32,000 nt of DNA. Origin: Verrucomicrobiaceae bacterium E54 (GTDB lineage: Bacteria > Verrucomicrobiota > Verrucomicrobiia > Verrucomicrobiales > Akkermansiaceae). Both the position numbers and the translations under genes were made by a program. This document shows positions 24,187-32,000 of the stretch, in pieces. The number at the start of each line of letters is the position of its first letter. The stretch's first letter is position 1. The notes beneath the pieces were generated by a model. That model made no database searches and was not told the origin of the DNA. It worked only from the letters and a program-made list of their open reading frames with translations. The stretch spans positions 22,207 to 54,206 of the forward strand of contig JAKZES010000030.1 in assembly GCA_022548915.1 (NCBI GenBank), given 5' to 3'.

Positions 24187-25641
24187 ATGAGCTTCCTCGT
24201 CACCATCGGTCTCGAAGTCCACTGCCAGGTCAAGACGAACACCAAGATGTTCTGCGCCTGCCAGACCTCCTTCGCCGACGAACCGAACACCCACACCTGC
24301 CCCGTCTGCCTCGGTCTCCCCGGCGCGCTCCCCGTGCTCAACCGCCACGCGATCGAGAAAACCCTGCTCGCGGGACTCCTGCTCGACTGCGGGTCACCCG
24401 AGATCTCGAAGTGGGACCGGAAGAACTATTTCTATCCGGACATGCCGAAGAATTACCAGACCACGCAGATGGACCTGCCGCTGTGCCTTGCCGGAGAGGT
24501 CCCGGTGTATGAGTTCAACTACCCGACCGACGTGCGCAAGAAGATCGCCCGTCCCGACCTCAAGGTCCGCCTCAACCGCATCCACCTCGAGGAGGATGTC
24601 GCCAAGTCGACCCACCTCGGCAATTCATCGATCATCGACTACAACCGGGCCGGCACGCCGCTGATGGAGATCGTCACCGAGCCCGACATCGAGTCGTCGG
24701 CCGAGGCCTTCGCCTTTCTTCGGTCGTTGCAGATGATCCTCCAGCAGGGCGGCATTTCCGACGCCGACATGGAGAAGGGTCAGCTCCGCTGCGACGTGAA
24801 CATCTCCATCCGCCGCAAGGAAGACGACCCGCTCGGCAACCGCATCGAACTCAAGAACCTCAACTCGATCTCGGCCGTCCGCCGTGCCATCGACTACGAG
24901 ATCGACCGCCAGTGGGAGGATTTGCAGCAGGGCGTCGAACAGGTCCAATCGACCCGGCGCTGGGATGACGACCGCGGCGAATCCCAGCTGCTCCGGACCA
25001 AGGAGGATGCCCACGACTACCGCTATTTTCCCTGCCCCGACCTTCTCCCCATCCACACCGCACCGCTGCTGGAAAAGGTCCGCCCGCTTCTCACCGAGCG
25101 CCCGCATGAACGCGCCGAGCGCTACGAAAAGGACTACCAGATCACCAAATACGACGCCTCGGTGCTCGCCGCGGACGTGCCCCTCGCCAACTACTTCGAG
25201 GCGCTGGCCTCAAACGAGAAGGTTCCCGGCAAGAAGGCGGCCAATTTCCTGCTCAATGTTTTCCTCGGCCTGCTCAACGAGCGTGAGACCGCGATCGACC
25301 AATCTCCGGTGAGCGCCGGGAAAACCGGCAGCCTTCTCGAGCTGGTCGAGTCCGGCCAACTGGCCTTGAACCAGGCCAAGGAAGTTCTGCTCAAACTGCT
25401 CGAATCACCCGATGGCGAACCGGCGGCGATCGCCAGGGAAATGGGCTTCGAACCCGCCGACGCCGGCGAGCTCGAAGCCTTCTGCGACGAGGCCATCGCG
25501 GCCAATCCCCAGCAGGTCGCCGAGATCCGGGCCGGGAACGAGAAGTTGGTGAACTTCCTGACCGGCCAGGTGATGAAGCGATCGAAAGGCAAGGCCAACC
25601 CGAAGCAGGTCACCGAGATCCTGCGGAGCAAGCTGCTGTAG
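24187..25641 (+). CDS. gatB: Asp-tRNA(Asn)/Glu-tRNA(Gln) amidotransferase subunit B
   Basis: IGLEVHCQVKTNTKMFC...CPVCLGLPGALPVLN, YFYPDMPKNYQTTQ and the C-terminal GatB/YqeY domain are present. ATG at 24187. Confidence 0.95.
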   Translation: MSFLVTIGLEVHCQVKTNTKMFCACQTSFADEPNTHTCPVCLGLPGALPVLNRHAIEKTLLAGLLLDCGSPEISKWDRKNYFYPDMPKNYQTTQMDLPLCLAGEVPVYEFNYPTDVRKKIARPDLKVRLNRIHLEEDVAKSTHLGNSSIIDYNRAGTPLMEIVTEPDIESSAEAFAFLRSLQMILQQGGISDADMEKGQLRCDVNISIRRKEDDPLGNRIELKNLNSISAVRRAIDYEIDRQWEDLQQGVEQVQSTRRWDDDRGESQLLRTKEDAHDYRYFPCPDLLPIHTAPLLEKVRPLLTERPHERAERYEKDYQITKYDASVLAADVPLANYFEALASNEKVPGKKAANFLLNVFLGLLNERETAIDQSPVSAGKTGSLLELVESGQLALNQAKEVLLKLLESPDGEPAAIAREMGFEPADAGELEAFCDEAIAANPQQVAEIRAGNEKLVNFLTGQVMKRSKGKANPKQVTEILRSKLL

Positions 25642-25740
25642 GCAGGCGCCGGCTTCGGGCGGCAGCGACCACCCAGTGAAGCCTCCTCCCGCGGAGCATG
25701 GGCGGGCAATCTGAGGAAGCGGGTTCCACACTTCGTTCCT

Positions 25741-26595
25741 GTGCCGTCCTCCCTGCCCACCCACTCCAGAGTTGGCGCGGCACCACGAGGACCTCATTCT
25801 CTCCGGGTGTCCGACGCCTATCTCAGTCGCTTCTCCGGCATCGCCCGCCTGTATGGCGAGGCGGCTCTCCACCGTTTCCGCACCGCCCATGTTGCGGTGG
25901 TGGGGCTCGGCGGGGTCGGGTCCTGGGCCGCGGAAAGCCTCGTCCGCTCGGGCATCGGCCGGCTGACGCTGATGGACGCCGACGACCTTTGCGTCACCAA
26001 CACCAACCGGCAGCTCCACGCCGTCGAGGGCAATATCGGGAGACAGAAGACATCCACCCTCGCCGAGCGCCTTCGCACCATCAATCCGGGGGTCGAGCTG
26101 GAGGAAATCCACGCCTTCTACTCGCCATCAACCGCCGGCGACTTCTTCTCCACTCCTCCCGATGCGGTCGTCGATGCGATCGATGCACTTCGCGCCAAGT
26201 GCCACCTCCTCGCCGGCTGCCATGCACGCAATGTCCTGGTCGTCGCGTCGGGAGCGGCCGGTGGACGTCGCGATGCCACCTGCATCCGCATCGCCGACCT
26301 CGCGCAAACCAGCCGCGACCCGCTGCTCGCCGCGGTTCGCAAACGCCTGCGCACCGAATTTGGCTTTCCCAAGGCCCCGGAGAGGGGTGCCGTGCCCGAC
26401 TTCGGCATCGACGCTGTTTTTTCCGATGAACCCCCGGTCTTTCCGACCTGCGACGGCGGGATCAGCTCCGAGCGCCCCGAGGACCTCCCGGGCAGCATCG
26501 GCTGCGATGCCGGCTATGGATCGGTCACCCACGTCACCGCCACCTTCGGCCTCGCCGCGGCCGGCCGCATCCTGGAACGGCTGGCCTCCGGCTGA
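25741..26595 (+). CDS. tcdA: tRNA threonylcarbamoyladenosine dehydratase (ThiF/E1-like, TcdA/CsdL)
   Basis: FSGIARLYGEAALHRFRTAHVAVVGLGGVGSWAAESLVRSGIGRLTLMDADDLCVTNTNRQ closely follows the TcdA N-terminus. The start is uncertain: GTG at 25741 or GTG at 25807. Confidence 0.8.
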   Translation: MPSSLPTHSRVGAAPRGPHSLRVSDAYLSRFSGIARLYGEAALHRFRTAHVAVVGLGGVGSWAAESLVRSGIGRLTLMDADDLCVTNTNRQLHAVEGNIGRQKTSTLAERLRTINPGVELEEIHAFYSPSTAGDFFSTPPDAVVDAIDALRAKCHLLAGCHARNVLVVASGAAGGRRDATCIRIADLAQTSRDPLLAAVRKRLRTEFGFPKAPERGAVPDFGIDAVFSDEPPVFPTCDGGISSERPEDLPGSIGCDAGYGSVTHVTATFGLAAAGRILERLASG

Positions 26596-26790
26596 CCCAC
26601 CGCGCCCCCCCGGGAAACCGAAAAAGCCGGCCTGCAAAACGACGAACAGCCCTGATCCTCAGCCCATGATAGCGGATGCGATTCTGCAAAGGAGCGTGCG
26701 GAATCACAGGGGCGGCAAGCCGCTTGAAGTGGTTTCACGAGTGTCCGGGGACCAAAAAAGGCTCCAAGAGATCTCTGGACGGATGCGTTG

Positions 26791-27567
26791 ATGAAGCGTT
26801 CCTTGGTCGTGATGAAACTTCCGTTGCAATGGCTGTGGATCGCCATGGCCTCCGCCACCCTGATGGCGGAGGAGTCAACCGGGCGTGCCCCGGTGGAACC
26901 CGATCGGCTTCCGGCCCCCGACCAGGAGGTGGCGGAGGTCACTCCGGCGATCGAGAAACTCGAGGACGGGCAGATGAAGATCGGTCAGGTCACCTTCGAT
27001 CCCAGGAGCCGGCGGATCCGTTTTCCCGCCGCCATCAACCAGACCGAGGGTCTGCTCGAGTTCCTGATCGTTCACCAGAACGGCAAGATCCACGAGTCGC
27101 TGCTGGTCACCGACATTTCGGCGACGAACCTGAACCTCGCCTTCAAGCTGCTCCGCTACAAGGCGTCCCGCGAGCTCTACTACAAGCTCGAGGCGGACGG
27201 CACCCACACGAGCGAGTTCCAGGAGGCGACTCCGGAGGAAAAGCGGGAATCCCGGATCCGGATCCTGGTCGAACGGGAAGTCGACGGCCGGACGGAGTCC
27301 ATTCCGGTCCGGGAATGGATCAACCACGCCACAACCGAGCAGTCCATGCCCGATTCGCCGTGGGTTTATGGAGGTTCATTCCTTTACAACGGTCGATTCG
27401 TGGCCGAAAGCACTGGAGATCTGGCCGCAATTTTTCTCAGCAACACCGCATTGATCAATTTTTCCGGAAAAGACAACGAACTCGACGAAGTATGGCTTCC
27501 TCATCCAACCCGTGTTCCTCCCGAGGGAACTCCCGTCACCGTCATCATCGAACCCTACAAGTCATGA
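26791..27567 (+). CDS. secreted hypothetical protein
   Basis: Has a signal peptide (MKLPLQWLWIAMASATLMA). No catalytic motif was recognised. From memory it resembles PVC proteins labelled YdjY-domain, but this is a low-confidence recollection. Its stop overlaps the downstream ATG (ATGA at 27564-27567). Confidence 0.55.
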   Translation: MKRSLVVMKLPLQWLWIAMASATLMAEESTGRAPVEPDRLPAPDQEVAEVTPAIEKLEDGQMKIGQVTFDPRSRRIRFPAAINQTEGLLEFLIVHQNGKIHESLLVTDISATNLNLAFKLLRYKASRELYYKLEADGTHTSEFQEATPEEKRESRIRILVEREVDGRTESIPVREWINHATTEQSMPDSPWVYGGSFLYNGRFVAESTGDLAAIFLSNTALINFSGKDNELDEVWLPHPTRVPPEGTPVTVIIEPYKS

Positions 27568-28727
27568 AAAGCAGAACACTCCTTCCCCTTGTGACCCTGG
27601 GCCTCGCCGGCTTGGTTCCGGCCCAGGATCTTCCGCCCAATCCCTACCTTTCGCTGCAGAACGAAATGAAGCAGGCGATCGCCCGCGGCAACGCCTACCT
27701 GGTCGGCCAGCAGCATGAGGATGGCTACTGGGGCGATCCGGAGCTTCCCGCCCTCACCGCCCTCGCGCTCACCTCGGTGGTGCGCGATCCCAGCTTCGAC
27801 ATCGGCAGGCCGTTCCCCGACAACATCAAGAAGGGCTTCGAATGGCTGGTGGCCCAGCAGAAGGAGGACGGTGGCATCTACAACCGCGGACTCGCCACCT
27901 ACAACACCGCGACGGCCGTGACCGCCCTGGTCGCCTCCGGCCGGGACATCTACGAGCCCGCCATCGTCCGGGCCCGCAAGTTCCTGATCGGCGAGCAGTG
28001 GGACATCGGCAGCGAGGGCGAAGCCGACAACAAGAACGACGGCGGGATCGGCTACGGCTCCAAGAACGACCACACCGACCTATCCAACACCTACCTGGCC
28101 ATCGAGGCCCTGGCCCTTTCCAAAAAGGTGATCGAGGACGGGAAGTTCGGCGACCAGCCCGAGCTCGACTGGGACGCGGCGATCACCTTCCTCTCGCGCT
28201 GCCAGAACCTCCCCGGAACCAACGACCAGGACTGGGCTTCGGACAATCCGGAGGATGTCGGTGGGTTCATCTACACCCCCGGCAGCTCCAAGGCGGGTGA
28301 GCGGGACCTCGGCGACGGCCGCGTCGCGCTGCGCTCCTACGGCTCGATTTCCTACGCCGGACTGCTCTCGCTCATCTATGCGGAACTCAAGCCGGACGAC
28401 CCGCGTGTCGTCGCCGTGAAGAAGTGGCTCGGGAAGAACTTCACCCTCGATGAGAATCCGGGCATGGGTGCCGAGGGCCTCTATTACTACTATCAGGCCA
28501 TGTCGAAGGCCCTCTCGGTCGCCGGCATCGACCGCCTCGTGCTCGAAGACGGCTCCACCGTCGACTGGCGCAGCAAGCTCGCCTCCCGCCTGCTCACGCT
28601 GCAACGCGAGAACGGTTCGTGGGTGAACGACAACGGCCGCTGGATGGAGTCGAATGCGATCCTCGTCAGCTCCTACACCATCATGGCCCTCGAGCAGGTT
28701 TACTACTCGATTCCGGGCCGCCCCTGA
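27564..28727 (+). CDS. secreted prenyltransferase/squalene-oxidase-repeat (alpha/alpha-toroid) protein
   Basis: Has a signal peptide (MKSRTLLPLVTLGLAGLVPAQ). QW-like repeats recur: QQHEDGYWG, QQKEDGGIY, NDGGIGYG, QRENGSWV. The track ORF 26676.. is an in-frame extension. Confidence 0.7.
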   Translation: MKSRTLLPLVTLGLAGLVPAQDLPPNPYLSLQNEMKQAIARGNAYLVGQQHEDGYWGDPELPALTALALTSVVRDPSFDIGRPFPDNIKKGFEWLVAQQKEDGGIYNRGLATYNTATAVTALVASGRDIYEPAIVRARKFLIGEQWDIGSEGEADNKNDGGIGYGSKNDHTDLSNTYLAIEALALSKKVIEDGKFGDQPELDWDAAITFLSRCQNLPGTNDQDWASDNPEDVGGFIYTPGSSKAGERDLGDGRVALRSYGSISYAGLLSLIYAELKPDDPRVVAVKKWLGKNFTLDENPGMGAEGLYYYYQAMSKALSVAGIDRLVLEDGSTVDWRSKLASRLLTLQRENGSWVNDNGRWMESNAILVSSYTIMALEQVYYSIPGRP

Positions 28728-28753
28728 GAGGGCTTCCGGGCTGAGAACTCAGG

Positions 28754-28800
28754 CCGCCGTCGCGGGGATCGTTCACTCCTCGCCACGGCGGTCATTTTTT
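28754..28800 (+). terminator. intrinsic terminator after the secreted two-gene module
   Basis: CCGCCGT (28754-60) pairs with ACGGCGG (28785-91). An inner 7-bp helix (GCGGGGA/TCCTCGC, one G-U) closes an 8-nt loop. TCA and a T6 run (28795-28800) follow. Confidence 0.6.
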
Positions 28801-28814
28801 GATATGGGTCGGCC

Positions 28815-29411
28815 ATGACCCTCGCCAGCAAGATCACGCTGGGCCGGATCTTCCTGGTGCCGGTGTTCGCGGTACTGGCGATCTACTACGGAATCAGCAT
28901 CGAGGCGGGACACCCCGAGGAGTGGCTTCGCTGGTCGGCCCTCGCCGTGTTCATCGTCGCCTCGGCCAGCGACGGCGTCGACGGCTGGATCGCGCGGCGC
29001 TTCAATCAACGCTCCCGCTTCGGGGCGATCATCGATCCCATCGCCGACAAGTCGCTGCTGCTGACCGCGCTGATCACCCTGAGCCTGGTCGACTGGGGCC
29101 CGGATGGCTGGCGCATCCCACTGTGGTTCACCGCCGTGGTGATCGTCCGCGACATCATCATCGTCGGAGGCATTGCCTTCATTCATTTCATGAACGGCCA
29201 CGCCGAGGTCCGGGCCCAGTGGAGTGGCAAGGTCTGCACCTTCGCCCAGATGTTCGCCCTCGGCTGGGTCATGCTGCGGGTCGTCCCCTTCTCGCCGATC
29301 TACCCCTGCCTGTTCGCCACCTTCTTCTGCGTCTGGTCGGGAATCGCCTACTTCCGGGCAGGCCTCCGCCAACTCGGCGATGCCCACCACGAACCGGGAT
29401 CCGACTCCTGA
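28815..29411 (+). CDS. pgsA: CDP-diacylglycerol--glycerol-3-phosphate 3-phosphatidyltransferase
   Basis: ITLGRIFLVPVF... followed by DGVDGWIARRFNQRSRFGAIIDPIADK gives the CDP-alcohol phosphatidyltransferase motif. The size (~198 aa) and TM pattern are PgsA-like. Confidence 0.8.
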   Translation: MTLASKITLGRIFLVPVFAVLAIYYGISIEAGHPEEWLRWSALAVFIVASASDGVDGWIARRFNQRSRFGAIIDPIADKSLLLTALITLSLVDWGPDGWRIPLWFTAVVIVRDIIIVGGIAFIHFMNGHAEVRAQWSGKVCTFAQMFALGWVMLRVVPFSPIYPCLFATFFCVWSGIAYFRAGLRQLGDAHHEPGSDS

Positions 29412-29421
29412 GCACCGCTGG

Positions 29422-29477
29422 AATTTCGGGTTTTCGGTTTTTCAGCATTTCAGCATTTTGGTTTTTCAGCGTTTACT
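29422..29477. repeat. 8-bp periodic TTTC array (7 units) abutting the der start codon
   Basis: T-tracts begin at 29424, 29432, 29440, 29448, 29456, 29464 and 29472, which is exactly 8-bp spacing. The sequence is aaTTTCgg gtTTTCgg ttTTTCag caTTTCag caTTTTgg ttTTTCag cgTTTAct, then cccccATG. Confidence 0.7.
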
Positions 29478-29482
29478 CCCCC

Positions 29483-30868
29483 ATGCCAACCGTCGCCATC
29501 GTCGGACGTCCGAACGTCGGGAAGTCCGCCATCTTCAACCGCCTCGCGGGACGGAGGATTGCGATTGTCCACGATCAGCCCGGGGTCACCCGCGACCGCC
29601 TCTCCGCCCCGTGCCACGCCACCCAGCACCCCTGCACCATCATCGACACCGGCGGGATCGGCGCGACGCTGGACGACGGCTTCGCCGCGCAGGTGACGCT
29701 GGAGGCCGACATTGCCATCCAGACGGCGGACCTCATTCTTTTCGTGGTGGATGCCCATGAAGGGCTCACTCCCATCGATCAGTCCCTCGCCGAGAAACTG
29801 CGCAAGGCCGGCGTTCCGGTGGTGCTCGTGATCAACAAGGTCGACGACAAGAAGCACGAGAACGCCTTCGCCGAGATGAGCCGGCTCGGACTGGGTGACG
29901 GGATCGGCGTTTCCGCCGAGCACGGCAAGGGCTTCGGCAAGCTCACCGCCGAAATGGACCGGCGGATCGAACCGCTTGCCAGCGAAATCGAGGAAGCGGT
30001 GGAGGAAGCCGTTGAGAGCGGCATCCGCCTTGCGATCGTCGGCAAACCGAATGCCGGCAAGTCCTCGCTCGTGAACGCCATTCTCAAGGACGAGCGCACC
30101 ATCGTTTCCGAAATCGCCGGCACCACCCGGGATGCCGTCGACCTTCCGTACGAAGTGGACGGGCAGCTCTTCACGCTCATCGACACCGCCGGGCTCCGGC
30201 CCCGCTCGCGCCGCGACTCATCGGTCGAGGTTTTTTCCGCCATGCGCTCCGAAAAGGCGATCCGCCGGGCCGACCTCTGCCTCCTGGTCATCGACCTCGC
30301 CTCGGGGATCAGCGCCCAGGACCGGAAAATCGCCCGGCTCATCCTCGACGCGAAGAAGCCTTGCCTGATCGTGCTCAACAAGTTCGATCTGTTTCATCCG
30401 GACGGACGGATGAACGACCGCCGGAAGGAAGCCGAGGAGCAGGTCAAGCGGGAGCTGTTCTTCCTGCACTACGCGCCCTTCGTCAGCGTCTCCGCCAAGG
30501 AGGGCACCGCCGTGGAGCAGATTTTCAAGAAGACGCTGTGGATCCAGAAGGGAGCCCGGAACGTCCCCACCACCGGAACCCTCAACCGCTTCCTCCAGCA
30601 CGCCTTCGAGGCCAACCCGCCACCGACCGTCGGTCGCGGCACGCGCCGGCTCAAGCTCTACTACGCGACCTGCGCGGTGAACGAGCGCTACTCGACCATC
30701 CCGGTCCCGACCATCGTGCTTTTCGTGAATGACAAGACCCTGATGAACTCCAGCTACGAACAGTATCTGGCCAACCGTTTCCGGGAGTCCCACCCTTCTC
30801 CCGGGATCCCGGTTATCTTCTCCGTCCGCTCCCGCCGCCGCACCGAGCGCGAGCCCAACCACGGATGA
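29483..30868 (+). CDS. der: ribosome-biogenesis GTPase Der (EngA), two tandem GTPase domains + KH-like domain
   Basis: G1 motifs GRPNVGKS and GKPNAGKS; DTGG and DTAG; NKVD and NKFD. ATG at 29483; the track ORF 28799.. is an extension that overlaps pgsA. Confidence 0.95.
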   Translation: MPTVAIVGRPNVGKSAIFNRLAGRRIAIVHDQPGVTRDRLSAPCHATQHPCTIIDTGGIGATLDDGFAAQVTLEADIAIQTADLILFVVDAHEGLTPIDQSLAEKLRKAGVPVVLVINKVDDKKHENAFAEMSRLGLGDGIGVSAEHGKGFGKLTAEMDRRIEPLASEIEEAVEEAVESGIRLAIVGKPNAGKSSLVNAILKDERTIVSEIAGTTRDAVDLPYEVDGQLFTLIDTAGLRPRSRRDSSVEVFSAMRSEKAIRRADLCLLVIDLASGISAQDRKIARLILDAKKPCLIVLNKFDLFHPDGRMNDRRKEAEEQVKRELFFLHYAPFVSVSAKEGTAVEQIFKKTLWIQKGARNVPTTGTLNRFLQHAFEANPPPTVGRGTRRLKLYYATCAVNERYSTIPVPTIVLFVNDKTLMNSSYEQYLANRFRESHPSPGIPVIFSVRSRRRTEREPNHG

Positions 30869-30886
30869 ACGCGGATGGACACGGAT
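30859..30886. repeat. left 28-bp inverted repeat made of three 10-bp tandem units (NCGGATGNAC)
   Basis: CC ACGGATGAAC GCGGATGGAC ACGGAT. It overlaps the last der codons and stop (30866-68) and the first in-frame ATG of the GxxExxY ORF. Confidence 0.8.
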
Positions 30887-31282
30887 GATTCTCCAACCAT
30901 GGCAGCCGACGAATCCAACCTGCTTTTTGCAGACGAGACCCGGAGCATCATTGGAGCGGCAATGGCCGTCCACAACGAGATCGGACACGGCTTTCGAGAG
31001 AAAGCCTACGAAAACGCACTGGTCGTGGCCTTCAAAGACTCTGCCATTCCGTGGAAGCAGCAAGCTCGATTCCCCATCCATTTCCGTGAAGTGAAGGTCG
31101 ACGAGTTCGTACCGGACCTCATCGCCTTCGATAAAATCATCGTCGATACCAAGACCATCCAACGGATCGGATCCGTTGAAGTCGGCCAGATGCTCAACTA
31201 CCTGCGTGTCACCGGACTCCAACTTGCCATCATTTTGAACGTCAAGAACCCCAAGCTCGAATTTCGCAGAGTGATGCTGTGA
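30875..31282 (+). CDS. GxxExxY protein (PD-(D/E)XK nuclease superfamily, TIGR04256-like)
   Basis: IIGAAMAVHNEIGHGFREKAYENAL contains the G-x2-E-x2-Y signature (GFREKAY). Downstream, PDLIAFDKIIVDTKT resembles a D...(D/E)xK core. The alternative ATG at 30899 (MAADESN) lies outside the repeat. By eye, GC is clearly lower than in the neighbours. Confidence 0.75.
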   Translation: MDTDDSPTMAADESNLLFADETRSIIGAAMAVHNEIGHGFREKAYENALVVAFKDSAIPWKQQARFPIHFREVKVDEFVPDLIAFDKIIVDTKTIQRIGSVEVGQMLNYLRVTGLQLAIILNVKNPKLEFRRVML

Positions 31283-31300
31283 TGCCCGAGGGCAGAAAAA

Positions 31301-31328
31301 ATCCGTGTCCATCCACGTTCATCCGTGG
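31301..31328. repeat. right 28-bp inverted repeat (three 10-bp units)
   Basis: The reverse complement of ATCCGTGTCC ATCCACGTTC ATCCGTGG matches 30859-30886 at 27 of 28 positions. It ends 17 bp before the downstream ATG. Confidence 0.8.
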
Positions 31329-31345
31329 TTTCCATTCCAAAGACC

Positions 31346-32000
31346 ATGCCGCTTCTCGACGTTCAGAATCTCACCACCCGTTTCCACACCCGGAACGGAA
31401 TCGTCCATGCCGTGGAAGACGTGTCGTTCCAGGTCGAGGCCGGACAGACGCTCGGCATCGTCGGCGAATCCGGCTCGGGAAAATCCGTCACCTGCTATTC
31501 GCTGCTCGGACTCATTCCCCAGCCCCCGGGGCGCATCCATGGCGGCAAGGCCATCTTCGACGGCACCGACCTCCTGTCATGCAGCGCCCGCGAGCTGCGC
31601 CGGATCCGCGGCAAGCGGATCTCGATGATCTTCCAGGACCCGATGACCTCGCTGAATCCCTACATGCGGATCCGTGACCAGCTGGTCGAACCCCTCGAAA
31701 TTCATGAGGGGTTGCGGGGAGCGAAGGCCCTCGACCGGGCGGTCGAAGCCCTCGCCGAAGTCGGGATTCCGGAGCCGGAAAAGCGGATCGACGCCTACCC
31801 CCACGAGTTCTCCGGCGGCATGCGCCAGCGGGTGATGATCGCCATGGCTCTGATCACCCGGCCCGAACTGCTGATCTGCGACGAGCCGACCACCGCACTC
31901 GACGTGACGGTTCAGAAACAGGTGCTCGACCTCATCCGCGACCGCCAGCGGGATCTCGGCACGGCGGTCATCTTCATCACCCACGACCTCGAGGTCGTCT
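31346..32000 (+). CDS. oligopeptide/dipeptide-type ABC transporter ATP-binding protein (OppD/DppD-like), 3'-truncated by the window
   Basis: Hand translation gives [28 protein letters not shown]...GESGSGKS (Walker A)...[12 protein letters not shown]...FSGGMRQR (signature)...[12 protein letters not shown] (Walker B)...IFITHDL. It is absent from the ORF track because it is open-ended. Confidence 0.85.
   Translation, partial: MPLLDVQNLTTRFHTRNGIVHAVEDVSFQVEAGQTLGIVGESGSGKSVTCYSLLGLIPQPPGRIHGGKAIFDGTDLLSCSARELRRIRGKRISMIFQDPMTSLNPYMRIRDQLVEPLEIHEGLRGAKALDRAVEALAEVGIPEPEKRIDAYPHEFSGGMRQRVMIAMALITRPELLICDEPTTALDVTVQKQVLDLIRDRQRDLGTAVIFITHDLEVV

Noticed and set aside
1-32000. tRNA, rRNA or riboswitch genes in the larger intergenic gaps (12406-12807, 19253-19438, 22049-22234, 26596-26790)
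   Set aside because: No cloverleaf-compatible sequence with a T-loop GTTCGA/GTTCAA, and no recognisable riboswitch core, was seen. A covariance-model scan would be needed for certainty.

Overview
High-GC bacterial chromosome segment that is densely coding. Family content suggests a PVC-type or Verrucomicrobia-like genome: four-helix-bundle (23S rRNA IVS protein) and GxxExxY paralogs, Tat-signal TIM barrels, and Shine-Dalgarno-less starts. That assignment is inference only. The window is mostly housekeeping. On the minus strand there is a complete phosphate-scavenging locus: OprP-like porin, pstS, long-form pstC, long-form pstA, two tandem pstB and phoU, followed by an HNH endonuclease and a small zinc-ribbon membrane protein. 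Diverging from the porin is an RND efflux operon in the order OMF-MFP-RND. It is interrupted by a four-helix-bundle gene. Then come a REP-associated tyrosine transposase (RAYT) bracketed by inverted REP-like hairpin repeats, and a fused GT4 glycosyltransferase / LpxH-PlcP-like metallophosphoesterase. After these come aroC, a membrane protein, gatB, tcdA, a secreted two-gene module, pgsA, der, a GxxExxY gene bracketed by 28-bp inverted repeats, and the 5' part of an OppD/DppD-like ABC ATPase. pssA and a DUF1858-rhodanese / Tat TIM-barrel pair lie at the left edge. The most interesting items are listed below. (1) The GT4-PlcP-like fusion is a candidate single-polypeptide module for phosphate-starvation lipid remodelling, about 8 kb from the pst locus. 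(2) A palindrome TGTGAC-N6-GTCACA recurs upstream of pstS and in the porin/RND divergent region, and may be a lineage-specific operator. (3) Three small, lower-GC accessory ORFs (four-helix bundle, RAYT, GxxExxY) are each wedged at gene junctions and accompanied by structured repeats: inverted repeats bracket the RAYT and GxxExxY genes, and two complementary arrays follow the four-helix-bundle gene. (4) TTTC arrays with 8-bp periodicity sit immediately upstream of several start codons. No rRNA, tRNA or CRISPR array was found. All calls come from reading the sequence and translations by eye; no searches were run.
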